The translations under genes were made by a program, and so were the position numbers. The notes under the pieces are model-generated. The model did no database searches and was not told the DNA's origin. It saw only the letters and a program-made list of their open reading frames with translations. This document shows, in pieces, positions 49,695-62,997 of a stretch of 64,000 nucleotides of DNA. Positions within the stretch are counted from its first letter, which is position 1. Each line of letters begins with the position of its first letter. The stretch covers positions 94,341,815-94,405,814 of the forward strand of contig NC_090372.1 in the NCBI RefSeq assembly GCF_036365525.1. The letters run 5' to 3'. Source of the stretch: Heterodontus francisci (lineage: Eukaryota).

Positions 49695-51925
49695 TTTTCC
49701 TTGTGGGGTCTGGAGGAACATAGGAACAGGAGTAGGTCATTCATCCCCTCGAGCCTGTTCCACTATTCAATAAGATCATGGATGATCTGTACCTCGACTC
49801 CAGTTACAGCCTTTTCTTCACATCCCTTGATTCTGTTACGGATAGAGTTGAGAGAGAACTGAAACTCCAGTTCCCTTCCTTTTACTGTCCGTAATCGGTG
49901 TGTATTTTGAAAAGGAAGATGTGTCTGTTTCATAACCCCTGAGTATAGGGCCAATTTTAATAACCAGCAGCATTCTTTTTGTGGGTTTAAATAAAGAGGA
50001 TTATTTTTATTCACCCCGAAAGTCTAATGCAACGTCACACACTCACCACTCACACACACACTCAAACACTCAAGAAAGAAATGATTTGGTTCATCCTGGG
50101 GAAAAGGCATGTGTTGCAGGCCCACTGAAGAAGGCGTTTTCATTCCTGAAGCACAGTTCGGTGGATTCGATAACTGGAGTCGTATATTGAAGTCGTTTCA
50201 GTATTCTTTCGAAGAGGTGGATTCTCAGCAGGTCACGAAATTAGTTGATGTAGACTCAATACCAGGAGGTCGGTTTTCTGCACTGGTCAACTTGAAAAGG
50301 GACAGGCTTGGAGACTTTACAGCCTCCAGTTCTTTCAAGGCATGACGATACTTACTGCTTTTTGTTGCTGTCTCTGCAGCTGGTGGTTTTCAGGCTGACC
50401 TGGTACTTAGAGTAATAAGATCTGTTAACTGTGATTAGTTTCAGTCATGTGACCACCTGATCAATGCTTCTATTACCCAACCTGAATGATTTGACCTTCA
50501 AAGCCATTGCTACACACTGGGGATGGATGGTGGCCATTCACACCTACTTTTAGCTGATTTAACTGTTTTCTTACAGCTCTCTTTGTTAAGTTTCGAGCTT
50601 GGAGACAGTGAATCTAGGAGTCCATAGATATTGAATTTTGGGTAGGATCACAAACAATAGGAGGTGTGAATTCCACAGAGGGTTTCGTCTTGGTACGTCC
50701 ATTCAAGGGAGGCACTCCGCCCATGGTCATTCAATTGCAAAAGTCACCTGACCCTTGGCAGCCATCTTACGCAGCTTTTTAATGTTCATTGTGTTTCATT
50801 TAAAAAGAAAATTCATCTCCAGAAGATTCTATGCTGAATACAGTCCATGTTTAAAGTTATGAATAGGACATGCTTTTACTGGGCATGACAATGCCCTGAA
50901 CTAACAAAATTCTACATATCTTAATCTTGAAAATTTCACTGATCATTTCCACTTCTACCACCCTCATAGGCAACGGGTTCCAGGTTATCACCATTTGCTA
51001 TGTAAAAAGGTTCGTCCTCACATTCTCCCTTGCACCTCTTGCCCAAAACCTTAAATCTGTGTCCCTTACTCCCTGTACCATCAGCTAATGGGAACAGCTT
51101 TTCTTTGCTTACCTTATCTAAACCTGTCATAATCTTGTACAACTGTATCAAATCTCCCCTCAATCTCCTTTGTTCCAGGAAGAATAACCTCAGCTTCTCC
51201 CACCTAACCTTGTAACTAAAATCCCTCATCCCTGGAACTATTCCGGTAAATCTCCTCTGCACCTTCTCAAGGACCCTCACATCCTTCCGAAAGTGTGGTG
51301 ACCAGAAATGGACGCAATACTCCTAGTTGGGGCCTAACCAGAGCTTTAAAAAAGTTCAACATAACTTCCCGGCTTTTGTACTCAATATCTCTATTTATGA
51401 AGCCCAAGATCCCATATGTTTTGCTAACTCCTCTCTTAATATGTCCTGCCACCTTCAAAGATCTATACACATGAGCCCTCAGGCCCACTGTTCCTGCACA
51501 CTCTTTAACACGATGCCATTTGGTCTATATTGCCTCTCCCTATCCCTTCTGCCAAAATACATCACCTCATACTTGTCTGTACTAAATTCCATCTGTCACC
51601 TGTCTGCCCATTCTGTTAGCCCATCTATGTCCTGTTGCAGTCGATTGGTATCATCCTCACTGTCTACCATCCTTTCAAGTTTTGTATATCCGTAAATTTT
51701 GAAATTTTACTCTGTATTCCAATATCAAGTCTATATATATATCAAAAAAGCAGAGGTCCTAACTCTGATGCTTGGGGAACACCACTGTCTAACATCCTCC
51801 ATTCTGAAAAACACCCATTTACCCTGACTTGCTATTTTCTGTCCTTGAGCCAATTTTTTTATCCAAGCTGACACTGACCCTCCTATTCCATAAGTCTCAA
51901 TTTTGTTAATGAGCCTTTCCCACAG
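49695..51925 (-). mobile_element. CR1 fragments: 3' tail 49695-49833 continuing after the LTR at 50891, RT to about 51925
   Basis: gaacataggaacaggagtagg tail; LEKVQRRFT...LEQRRLRGDLIQLYKIM; GFINRDIEYKSREVML. Confidence 0.85.
49834..50890 (-). mobile_element. Gypsy-type solo LTR, about 1.06 kb
   Basis: Termini TGTTACG...CATGACA, the reverse complement of the 12401-13406 termini; 4-bp flanks attc/atgc; host CR1 rejoins (cccttg|atgccctga). Confidence 0.85.
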
Positions 51926-52297
51926 AGGCCCAATTATGTCATCAAATCCTATCTGCATATTTAAAGCAGGAACCCCCGCGGTCGTCACCACACCCCAACA
52001 CCCCCACCTCCCCACCCCCCACACCACCACCTCAACCTCCATTCAGAAAAGCAGGTTAAGACTGAAAATAGCAGGATCCAGTTGGGACATTGACAAGAAC
52101 TCCATTTCAACTGCTAATCCATCCAGTTTCTGTCAGGCTGATCGAGTTAAAATCGACTTCATGGTTTTTAGCTTCTTTGTAAATGTTGGAATAATTTTTT
52201 ACCTGAAAGTTATAGAATCACACTATTTATAGTTGTGGAAAAATTCTGAACAGTTGCATTGTAAAGTTGTGCATTTTACAGTAACAAACAGAAGCCT

Positions 52298-52500
52298 CTT
52301 TTTATTTTAGAGATACAGCACTGAAACAGGCCCTTCGGCCCACCGAGTCTGTGCCGACCATCAACCACCCATTTATACTAATCCTACACTAATCCCATAT
52401 TCCTACCACATCCCCACCTGTCCCTATATTCCCCGACCACCTACCTATACCAGGGGCAATTTATAATGGTCAATTTACCTATCAACCTGCAAGTCTTTGG
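52298..52500 (-). mobile_element. HE1 SINE 3' half
   Basis: Near-identical to the reverse complement of 2145-2345; tRNA head absent. Confidence 0.9.
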
Positions 52501-52509
52501 TGGGCTCGC

Positions 52510-53338
52510 TCTTTCTCTCTCTCTCTTCTCTTTGGCCTCCTTGTTTCGAGAGACAATGGGTAAGCGCCTAGAGGTTGTCAGTGGTTTGTGAAGCAGCGCC
52601 TGGAGTGGCTATAAATGTCAATTCTAGAGTGACAGACTTTTCCACAGGCGCTGCAGATAAAATTGGTTGTCGGGGCTGTTACACAGTTGGCTCTCCCCTT
52701 GCTTCTGTCTTTTTTCCTGCCAACCGCTAAGTCTCGACTCGCCACTCTTTAGCCCCACCTTTATAGCTGTCCGCCAGCTCTGGCAATCACTGGCAATTGA
52801 CTCCCACGACTTGTAGTCAATGTCACAGCACTTCATGTCGTGTTTGCAGACGTCTTTAAAGCGGAGACATGGACGGCCGGTGGGTCTGATACCAGTGACG
52901 AGCTCACTGTACAATGTGTCCTTGGGGACCCTGCCATCTTCCATGCGGCTCACATGGCCAAGCCATCTTGAGCGCCGCTGGCTCAGTAGGGTGTACATGC
53001 TGGGGATGTTGGCCGCCTCGAGAACTGCGTTGGAGATACGGTCCTGCCACCTGATGCCAAGGATTCTCCAGAGGCAGCGAAGATGGAATGAATTGAGGAG
53101 TCGCTCTTGGCTGACATACATTGTCCAGGCCTCGCTGCCATAGAGCAAGGTACTGAGGACACATGCTTCATACACTCGAACCTTTGTGTTCTGTGTCAAT
53201 GCGCCACTTTCCCACATTCTCTTGGCCAGTCTGGACATTGCAGCGGAAGCCTTTGCCATGCGCCTGTTGATTTTTGCATCGAGAGACAGGTTACTGGTGA
53301 TAGTTGAGCCTAGGTAGGCTACTTCGGCTATTTGCTAC
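52510..53338 (-). mobile_element. RTE LINE 3' fragment
   Basis: ORF 52624..53259 closely matches 19195-19900 (VYEACVLSTLLYGSEAW, WLGHVSRMEDGR). Confidence 0.93.
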
Positions 53339-54299
53339 GTCAAATTAATTTTGTGACTAATTGTAATGCCTGCTTCTCACAGTAGATGGCACTCAAGCCT
53401 CATATGCCTGCTGTATTATTATTATGAACTGCCTGATGTAGTCCCCTTACAGTTCTACATTAATAATTTGATGCATCTCTCTAACAACAGATATTTGCAA
53501 ACCACCATACAATTTCTAATAAATTAAGTGTGGAAAATGTTAAATGTCAATTGTCTATGGGAAGACATTGCAATTTCATTTATATCTATGCTTATATCTT
53601 TACAAATATGAAACTAGTATCATACTGATTAAAATACTTCCCTAATTGCCCAGAGAAGATGGTGGTGGGCTGCCTTCTTTAACCACTGTAGCGGTTTAAG
53701 TGTTTTTTAGGTCACTTCAGATTGGTATGGAGCTGCACTCAGATAGATATATGCCAGACTGAGTAAGGATGGCAGGTCCCTAAAGGATATTAATGAATCA
53801 GGTGGGTTGTGAAGTGCTCTGGGATGTCCTGAAGTCATGAAAGGTACTCTTTAAATGCAAGTTATATCTTTCTCTTTTTTTTTTACTGAGCACCTCACCC
53901 CAGATAAAATCAGCTAACTCGGCACAGATCGGGGTGAAACCTTAGACCTTCCTGATTTGTGTGGCTCAGCTGCTAGTTGAATAACCTCATTGAGCCATCT
54001 GGGGAGTTCCACTGAAGCATTTTATTTTAAAGTATTAAATCATATTTGTCACAGAACTGCAACTCATTTCCCATTCTTCACTCCTGTGAAGATAAGAGCC
54101 ACTTATTTGGATTCCTGGCCAGTTATGATTGCAAAAGGCAGATATAATTTGTGGACTGTGCATTAGCTAGGTAATAAATCTAACTGTAGTGAGAGCTATG
54201 AAATGCTAAAACCTGCATTACTCCAAAATCTCCATTTGGAAAGTGCACTCATCTCAAGTGCAAGTTGGACTCATTTGATAATTTTCTCATTTCTGAGTA

Positions 54300-54560
54300 A
54301 TGAAGCTTGAGGATTCAAACTCAACTCCAGGCCTTCAAGTATATAATCTAGGCTTGCGTTTTAGTGCAGTTCTGTACTGTCAGAGGTACTGTCCATCCTG
54401 CTGAGACACTGAACACATTTGAGTAGCTATAAAGAACCACATGGAACTATTTTGAAGAAGAGCAGGAGGTTTGCCCAGTCTCCCACATCCAACACCACCA
54501 AAAACAGATTAAACATTTGTTGTTTGTGAGAGCTTGCTGTGCACAAATAGGAACAGTAGC
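54300..54560 (+). mobile_element. DeuSINE, decayed
   Basis: gtactgtcagaggtac...ctattttgaagaagagcagg...gagcttgctgtgcacaaat. Confidence 0.7.
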
Positions 54561-54574
54561 ATTGTGATGAAGTC

Positions 54575-55146
54575 AGAGGCGGGAAAGGCCAAAAGACGGC
54601 CTTCCCGCCCAGAGGCCAATTGAGGCCCTTAAGTGGCCCATTATTAGCCACTTAAGAGGCTCTTCCCGCAACACCTGGAATTAAGACAGCGACGGAGGCC
54701 CTCCCCCACGGGGCAATCTGTGGCCCACGGAGGGCCCTTGGTGGCAAAGGCCACCCCTCCATTAACACCACCCCCACCCTCATCGGCCACCCTCTCCCCC
54801 CAATCACCAGGGCCTGCCGGTCTAGCCCCGGCGACCCTGCCTCACTGCCCTCTTGTCCTGGTCACGCTGGGCCTGCTCCCAGGCCTCCTTTAATACTAGT
54901 AGTGGCCACCACTCCCAGTGGTGCTGCCGATACTACTGAGCTGCAGGCCCTCTGATTGGCTGGCAACTCTTGGAGGCAGGATCCCTGCCCTTAAAGTGAC
55001 GAGGATCCCAGCTCTGGGCACTAAAGTACCTGAGCGCCATTGAATCACACTGGGTGGGGGAGGGGGGGGGGAGGGTTTCTGAAAGGCCTCTCCTTACCTT
55101 TTTGGCCCGGCGCCAAGTGCCCCACCAGCACATCTAAATTCAGCCC
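54575..55146. mobile_element. GC-rich Harbinger-like element, one end
   Basis: Ends taaattcagccc; homologous to 36322-37091. Confidence 0.65.
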
Positions 55147-56813
55147 TTTGTGTGCCTTACCCACTCCCCCCTCCCCTGCCACTTTTACTGCCAACTACCT
55201 GAAAATAGTTCAGGCCTCATTAAAATACAGTCAGCGAGCTGCCCAGTGCTCAATGAAGATGGTTCAGACCTCCCACTGAATGGTCTCATGCGGTTACAGT
55301 GGATACACTGCCAAATTCGTGCCTCAATGTTTAAAATCAAATCCATAGATTTGAAATGGGAACCCACATCATAAAAGAACCTTTGACAAATAATTTTCTG
55401 TTTGCATGACAGAATAATACAAATTGAGTTGAAACCCATTAGTGGGTCATTTTTGTGTTAGGTTGTCATGATAAAAATAACATTTTTTGTTTATATCCCT
55501 CTTCAATCAAAAACAGAATTTCCTTGTATTTAAGAATGAACTTGCATTTATATAGCAGATTTCACACTCTGAGGAATTCCCAAAGTGGTTTCCGGACCAT
55601 GAATTGTTTTTTAAAAATGGTAGTTACTGTTGTTTACAAGCAAAGGGAACAATTTATTTACCAGTCTCCAGTTCTGATGTGACATCTACACTGGAAACAT
55701 TATCCTATCTTTTTCAAATGTTAGAGTTGCTGTTATATCCTGGCTTTTAGCTCATATTTTCAGAATTTGACATTTCTTTCTTATCCACATTTTCCTGTTC
55801 GTATCTTTGCTCATGCAATGTAAGCTGCAGGATATTTCATTCAGTCCCTCAGTAACAAACCACATTGATTTCCATGTTGACTTGTATCTTTTCAGTATTA
55901 CACTGGCCATTTTCAGCATGCAGATGAAATCTGTGCTATATGGTGCATTGTAATTTGGGCGGGCAGCAGGAACGCAGCAGCAATCTTTCTGGCGCAGCCT
56001 CTTAACTGGCTGTTGCTGGACCCGCCATCCAATTAAGGACAGCAGGCTGGCTCTCCACACTGCCGGCCCAATCAGGAGGAGGCTGAGATGGATCATCCAC
56101 TTGGCATTTTTGGCTGAAGATGGTTGCAAACGTTTCAGTCTTGTCTTTTGCACTCATGTGCTGGGCTTCCCCATCATGAGGATGTTTGTGAAGCCTCCTC
56201 CTCCTGCTAGTTTAAAAGTCCACCACCAGTCACAACTGGATGTGACAAGACTACAGAGCTTTGATCGGATTGGTTGGTTGTGGGATCCCTTCACTCCGTC
56301 TATAGAATGCTGCTTCTGCCATTTAGGATGCATATAGTCCAGTGTTGTAGCTTCACCAGGTTGGCATCTCATGAAAAGTATGAAAGCCTGTGTATGATTG
56401 TTCAATTTTTAAAAAGAAAGTTTATGCCTGGATTTTTAATTGTTGAATGTCTGTTTTCCTGTTTCAATTTGTAATCTATTTGTTTGTAATGATTGCCTTC
56501 TTGAAATAATGTTTTCAATAAGAAACCAAAATGATGTGATTACACCTGCTAATGTGAGAGATTCTGTTCAAGGTCTGTGTGTATTTTCTGAGATCATAGA
56601 AAACATTCAAGTGGGAATCTGCTTGTTGAGTTCTGATAAAAAGTCATTAGCAGTTGGTGTGGGTTTTTTTTTTGCTTTTCGAGAATCTGATGTATCCATG
56701 AGCTTGTACTCATGAAACTACTTTTGATATTTAAGTACTCCACGGGGCTGAAATGCCTTCACACTTTCTCACTGGGTCAAGCAACTGAAAAATAAACACT
56801 CATACTGAGGTCC

Positions 56814-56988
56814 GACATGAAATTGATCTTTGGAGAGAGGAAACTGGGCGATAACTAATTAGCGGCCCGTTTTACACCATGCCCGACTTTTAATTCTACT
56901 GAAATCCATGGAAAAGAAAATCGAACAGTGTGTAAACCATGTTGTCAATTCGCTATTGTCCTTTCCACCAAAGTCCAATTTCGCCCCA
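56814..56988. mobile_element. Palindromic MITE
   Basis: Arms gaaattgatctttgg / ccaaagtccaatttc and ttttacaccatgcccgacttt / aaaatcgaacagtgtgtaaa; centre similar to 15246-15393. Confidence 0.7.
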
Positions 56989-57925
56989 TAAGTTTATTAA
57001 AATCACAATCTGTGTTTCACTTAGAAAGGTATGAATATAAAGATGTTCCTCAAAATACAAATGCACTTAATGTTATTTTTCTACTTCCATGAAATAAATT
57101 GAATGTTTAATAGTATTAATAATGTAGTTTTTCATAATAGGAATTATTGGATACTTGGGCATGATTTCATGATAATTATAATGCTCAACTGAACCCTGAG
57201 ATGAGATTACTGTCTTAAAATCACTGATATGTAGCCTTTCTGTTTGCTGGTAGCAGGTGTCATAACAGATTCATCAGGCAAGAGTCTCCCTGCATTTGAT
57301 GTGTGATGATGTCCACACTGAGCCAAGAGTTTGAGTGTAGTTGCAGCAATATTACCAAGTAATAGTCAACACTTGATTATTGAGAAAAAACTGTCAATGT
57401 GTATATAATATAAATGAGTCTGGTTTTCAACAGCACATTCCATATACATCAAAAATACAGCACTTGGCAGAGAAAGGGCAGATGTAAGGGGGTGATTTTA
57501 TGAATCTGCACTGCCAGCCACACATATCAGAAATTTGGAAGCCAGTGCCCATGATTTACAAACTATAAATGGCTGGAAAGTTGCCAGCAGCTTGCTGCTG
57601 AATTCTAGATATGCACTGCTGGGTCTCCCTACAGGAAGCACAGCCACATCATATGCAGGGATAGGCACCAACATGTTGCACCGCCCACGGACATTTGACA
57701 AAATTATTGACTCAGCCATGGACATGGGGGCAATTAATCTGTATATAAAGTGTATAGCCAACCTAATGCCATCAGAACACAGTCCGATTTAAAACATATT
57801 TCTCCCTATTTAGTGATATACCTTGCATTGTTTTTGCTTGCACAAGTAGTCAATGTCTGCCACACACTATATGTAGCAATGCAGAGAATTCGGATAGATG
57901 TCCATCTGTCAGGAGTGATCTTGAT

Positions 57926-58082
57926 TTTCTCTCCCCTCTCTCCCTCTCCCCGTCTCTCCCCTCTCTGTGACCCCCTGCCCCTCCCTGTCTCTCTCTCCAC
58001 CCTCCCTGTCTCTCTCCCCCCTCTCTGTGTCCATCTCTCTCCCCGTGTCCCTCTATCTCTCCCCCGCCACCCCCTGCTCTCT
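57926..58082. repeat. Polypyrimidine (CT-rich) low-complexity tract
   Basis: About 150 nt almost entirely C/T on the plus strand. Confidence 0.85.
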
Positions 58083-60562
58083 GGGCCGGTGCTTGTTTAA
58101 AGGGCTGTCTTTCCTTCAGCGTGCTGTCACAGTGCCACACCTCTGGCTATGTGCTGGCATGCTTCCTGCTCTCCCCTAGTGTTTGTTTGATCTGAGTTTG
58201 ATGGTTTTGGTCTGTTCTCTGTGTTTGTTTACCTAAGCCTCCAGGTGGAGCTAGAGAAGGCAGAAGCTTCTGGAAGACAGACAGTTTGAATCGTCTCTCA
58301 GAGCAACAGGCTGCTGTCAAGACATGTGCCGCTGTTCGTATGCATAGATACAGGCTAGTGCTTCCCACTCTCCTGTAGAATATTTACGTTCAGTATCCAA
58401 CAGCAGGCGTGACGCATAAGCTATTGGTTGTTTGCATCCATCAATGGACTGTGAGAGTACAGCACCAATTGAAGTTCCTGACGCATCTGTCGTGACATAC
58501 GTTTCCACCTGTGGGCTGAAATGCACGAGGACTGGTGGAGATGTTATCTTCGCCTTTAACGTTTCAAATTCTGATTGCTGTGCGACATTCCATTCCCAGT
58601 AAGCCTCTTTACGAAGTAGCTTCCTCAGAGGCTCCGCGATCTCTGAGTAATTTGGAACGTATTTCTGATAGAAGTTGGTAGTAGCTAGAAACAATGCCAA
58701 TTCTTTCACATTAGATGGTGTTGGAAGTGCATGAAGGGCTTTGCCCGTTGTCGTGTATAGGCTTTTCTCCAACTGCTGTCACTCTGAAGCCTAGAAAGTC
58801 AATCTCGGGTGCCGCAAATATGCATTTGTCCTTGTTGAGCATCAAATTGTGTTTTATAAGTCAAGTGAACACTGCTGATAATCGTTCATCATTTTCAGCG
58901 TTCTCCTATACGTGGACAACGATGTCATCAAGTAGGTTGAGTGTTGCCTCAACATCCGACAAGACTGAAGAAACTATCTTCTGGAATGCGTTAGGTGCTG
59001 GACTTAGTCCATATGGCATTCTTTGGTACTGAAACACACCTTCATGAGTAACAAAAGCTGTAAGATATCGACTTGTTCTGCTAGAGATATCTGATACTCA
59101 TATCAAGTTTTGTGAAGACTGTGGAGTCATGAAATGATGCTGACAGTTCTTTCTTTTTGGTAGAAAGTTTACTCTTCACACTGATCACCAAGCGTTGACT
59201 ACATTATTAGCTCAATTGGGATCAGGTCATCGCATGCTCTACGCATCTACAGATGGTCAGATTGTCTACATCAGTATAACTTTGAGGTAGGATACGTTGC
59301 AGGTTTATGCAACCGAGTAACTAATATGCTTAGCCGTAATCCTGTCGCTGATAATGTTAGAGACAGCAAAGCAACTTGCGACGTTGAAGACTATGTGATC
59401 GCAGTGATTTAGCGCGTGACCACTAATCGGGTTACACAAGAGGAGTTGGAGACAGAGTCAGCAGCAGACGACGTACTGCAGCAAGTAAGTCAATACCTTA
59501 AATCTGAGTGGCCTCATGATATAGGGGAAGAACTGATTCCTTTTTACAGAGTACGCAATGAACTCGCTTTGTTTGGTGATAACTGTATTGCACATGGCAC
59601 TCGGGCAGTTATCCCAAAGGTACTACAGTAACGTGTATTGCATCTTGCCCATAAAGGACATCCGGGTGTTGTTAAGATGAAACAACAATCCCGTGAAGCA
59701 GTCTGGTGGCCAGGAACATTTCGCTGTATAAAGGAGTTCATTAGGAACTGCATAGTTTGTGCATGCAGTGGACAATCTGTTAAACCATGTCCTGCATCTC
59801 TACAACCGAACCCATGGCCAACAAAACCATGGTAACAACTTCAAGTTGATATTTTTGGAGAAGTGGAAGCAGCTCCTAGGAATCAATGTTTTTTGCTTGT
59901 TGTCCATGATCTCCACAGCAAATGGCCGGAAATTGCTACAAGTTCCAATACAACCACTTCAGTCATCAACATCCTGGACAAATTATTTATAAAATGGGGT
60001 TTGCCGGAAACTATGACTACAGACAATGGACCGCAGTTTATCTCAAGTCAATTCACGGAATTCCAAGCCAGTTACGGAATCTATCAGCAGCTGACGTCTC
60101 TCTACAATCCGCAATCAAATGGTGGCATTGAACAGTCCAACAGGGTGGTAATGGAAAGTCTGAAAGCTAGTATGTCGGAGGTGAAAACATTCGAACAGTC
60201 CATTCACATCCTACTTCGCACATATCGATCCATCGCACACTCGCTAATCAGCAAGACACCAGCGAACTTATGATAGGTTGTAACTTTGCTTGTCACTGAC
60301 CATTCTCAAGCCACCACAACCAGTTAACGAGGAGTTCAGAGCGAAAGCAGATGAAATCGCATGGTGACATGATAAAACAAAAACATACTTTGACAAATGT
60401 ACAGGCACTAGGGAACCACAGTTTAACATTGGGTTCGAATCAAACAGCCAAATCGCAACCACAAACTTGCTCATCAGTGTCAGGTCCAAAGCAGATTAAA
60501 GATTTGCTTGGTATAAATGCTTATCTGTTGGCTGACAACAGCAGGTGGAATGCGAGATGTTT

Positions 60563-61058
60563 AATAGAAGGCTGCGTTTGCTGGCAACCCATCCACTAGG
60601 TGGCGCTGCAGTGGCACATGCGCAGATGTGGCCTCTGCCACTAAAACGTCACAGTCAGCAACATCAGGCAGCTGCCAGGACTAAAGATGGCGCTGCTCAC
60701 ATAATCACACAAGGCAACCTAAACACATGGCAGCACACAATGGCCGGAGGGAGAGAGCGAGCGGGCCAGGGAGGGGGGAAATGACCGGGTTGGGGGGAAG
60801 CGAGCAAGCGGGCGGGTGGGGTGGAGGAGCGCACCTGCCACCACCAAGGTCTTCGGCCGCGCTCTCCCCACTTCCCCCGCTCTCTCCCCGCTCTCTGCCC
60901 AAGTTACGCGATGACGTCATCAGCGCATGTGCCAACCAGTCCTGGCAATGCGGAATGCAGCGCATGTGCAGAGAGTAGGAACCAATCTGCGCATGTGTGC
61001 AGATTGGCGCAGTCGGATGACGTCAGCTGCCTTTAGCATTGTCAATAATCACTTTGTT
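60563..61058. mobile_element. CpG-rich insertion in the Gypsy integrase tail, family unassigned
   Basis: Sharp GC/CpG rise interrupting the integrase reading; subterminal hairpin ggctgc..gcaacc; CTCF, YY1, CRE and CCAAT motifs. Confidence 0.55.
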
Positions 61059-61059
61059 A

Positions 61060-62716
61060 ATAGAATCATAGAAAGTGTAAGGCATAGAAAGAGGCCGCTT
61101 GGCCCATCGTGTTTGTGCTGGCCAAAAAACGTTCCATCTATTCTAATCCCACCTTCCAGCATTTGGTCCGTAGCCCTACAGATTACAGCACTTGAGGTGC
61201 ATATCCAGACTCCTTTTGAATGAGTTGAGGGTTTCAGCCTCAACTACCCTTTCAGGCAGTCAGTTCCAGACCCCCACCACCCTCTGGGTGAAAAAGTATT
61301 TCCTCATCTCCTCTCTAATTTTTCTACCAATCACTTTAAATCTGTGCCCCCTTGTTGCTGACCTCTCTGCTAAGACGAATAGACCCTTCACTTCCACTCT
61401 ACCCAGGCCCCTCACAATTTTGTACATTTCAATTAGATCTCCCCTCAGTCTTCCCTGTTCCAAGGAGAACAACCGCAGTCTATCCAATCTTTCCATATAG
61501 CTGCATTTTTCCAGTCCTGGCAATATCCTCGTAAATCTCCTCTGTGCCCTCTCTAGTGCAATTACATCCTTTCTGTAATGAGGTGACCAGAACTGCACAC
61601 AGTACTCAAGTTGTGGCCTAGCCAATGTGTTATACAGTTCCAGCATAACCTCCCTGCTCTTATATTCTATACCTCGGCTAATAGAGGAAAGAATTCCATA
61701 AACTTTCTTAACCACCTTATCGACCTGTCCTGCTACCTTCATGGATCTGTTGACATTCACTCCAAGGTCCCTCACTTCCTCTACACTTCTCAGTATTTTC
61801 CTATTAATCGTGTATTCCTTTGCATTGTTTGACCTCCCCAAATGCATCACCTCACACTTCTCCGGGTTGAATTCCAATTTCCACATTTCTGCCCATCTGA
61901 TCAGACCATCAATATCATCTTGCAACCTACAGCTATCCTCCTCACTATCTACCACACGGCCAGTCTTTGTGCCATCTGCAAACTTCTTGATCGTGCCCCC
62001 TACATTTACACCCAAATCGTTAGTATATATCACAAAAAGCAGGGGACCCAGTACTGTTCCCTGTGGAACGCTACTGGAAACAGCCCTCCAGTCGCTAAAA
62101 TACCTGTCAACAATTACCCTTTGTTTCCTGCCTCTGAGCCAATTTTGTATCCACCTTGCTGCATTTCCGTGGATCCCATGGAATTTTATTTTTTTAACCA
62201 TTCTGCCATGTGGGACCTTGTCAAAAGCCTTGCTAAAACCCATGTACCCTAGATCAACTGCACTATCCTCATCCATCTTCTTTGTTACTTCTTCAAAAAA
62301 TTCAATCAAGTTGGCCAAACAAGACCTTCCCTTAACAAATCCATGCTGACTATCCTTGATTAATCTGTGCCTTTCTAAGTGACAATTTATCCTGTCTCTC
62401 AGAATAGATTCCAATAATTTGCCCACTACTGAGGTTAGACTGACTGGCCTGTAATTATCCGGTCTATCCTTCACTCCCTTTTTAAACAGAGGTACAATGT
62501 TAGCAGTTCTCCAATCCTCCGGCACCACACCTGTATCCAGTGAGGACTGGAAAATGATGGTCAGACATTCTGCTGCTATTTCCTCTCTTGCTTCTTTTAA
62601 CAGTCTAGGGTACATTTCATCTGGCCCTGGTGATTTATCAACTTTCAAGGATGCTAATCCCATTCATACTTCCTCTCTCCCTATGTTTATCACATCCAAT
62701 ACTTCACACTCCTCCT
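61060..62716 (-). mobile_element. Young CR1 LINE, 5'-truncated, 467-aa open RT
   Basis: ORF 61260..62663 with all CR1 RT motifs; catalytic FADD reads FADG; tail tagaatcatagaa. Confidence 0.96.
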
Positions 62717-62997
62717 GGAGCAGATCAGGATATTCTGTGGATAATGGTTATGAGAACACATTTCCTTTTCCTCTGGGAATGATATTGATAATCCGCCTCA
62801 TCAAGTTGACCAACCAGATCCACGACCTCAAATACTTAGATCTAATCGAAGACCTAAGAGACCTTCCTATCTCAAACACTATCTCTGTACTTGGAGAAAA
62901 CTGACAAATTGAACACTAAGAAATAACCTGATGTATATATGTTTGATGTTTAGAATACTTAATGTGAAAATGGTGTCTTTAGTCAAAGGGGGGAAAA

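Noticed and set aside
53378-53395. CTCF-like cagtagatggcac (also ccactagatgtc near 17580)
   Set aside because: Isolated imperfect matches without supporting context.
60559-61068. ttaatagaa on both sides of the CpG cassette as a TSD (piggyBac/Kolobok)
   Set aside because: No terminal inverted repeats, and the right-hand copy overlaps the CR1 tail repeat tagaatcatagaa, so it is probably coincidental.
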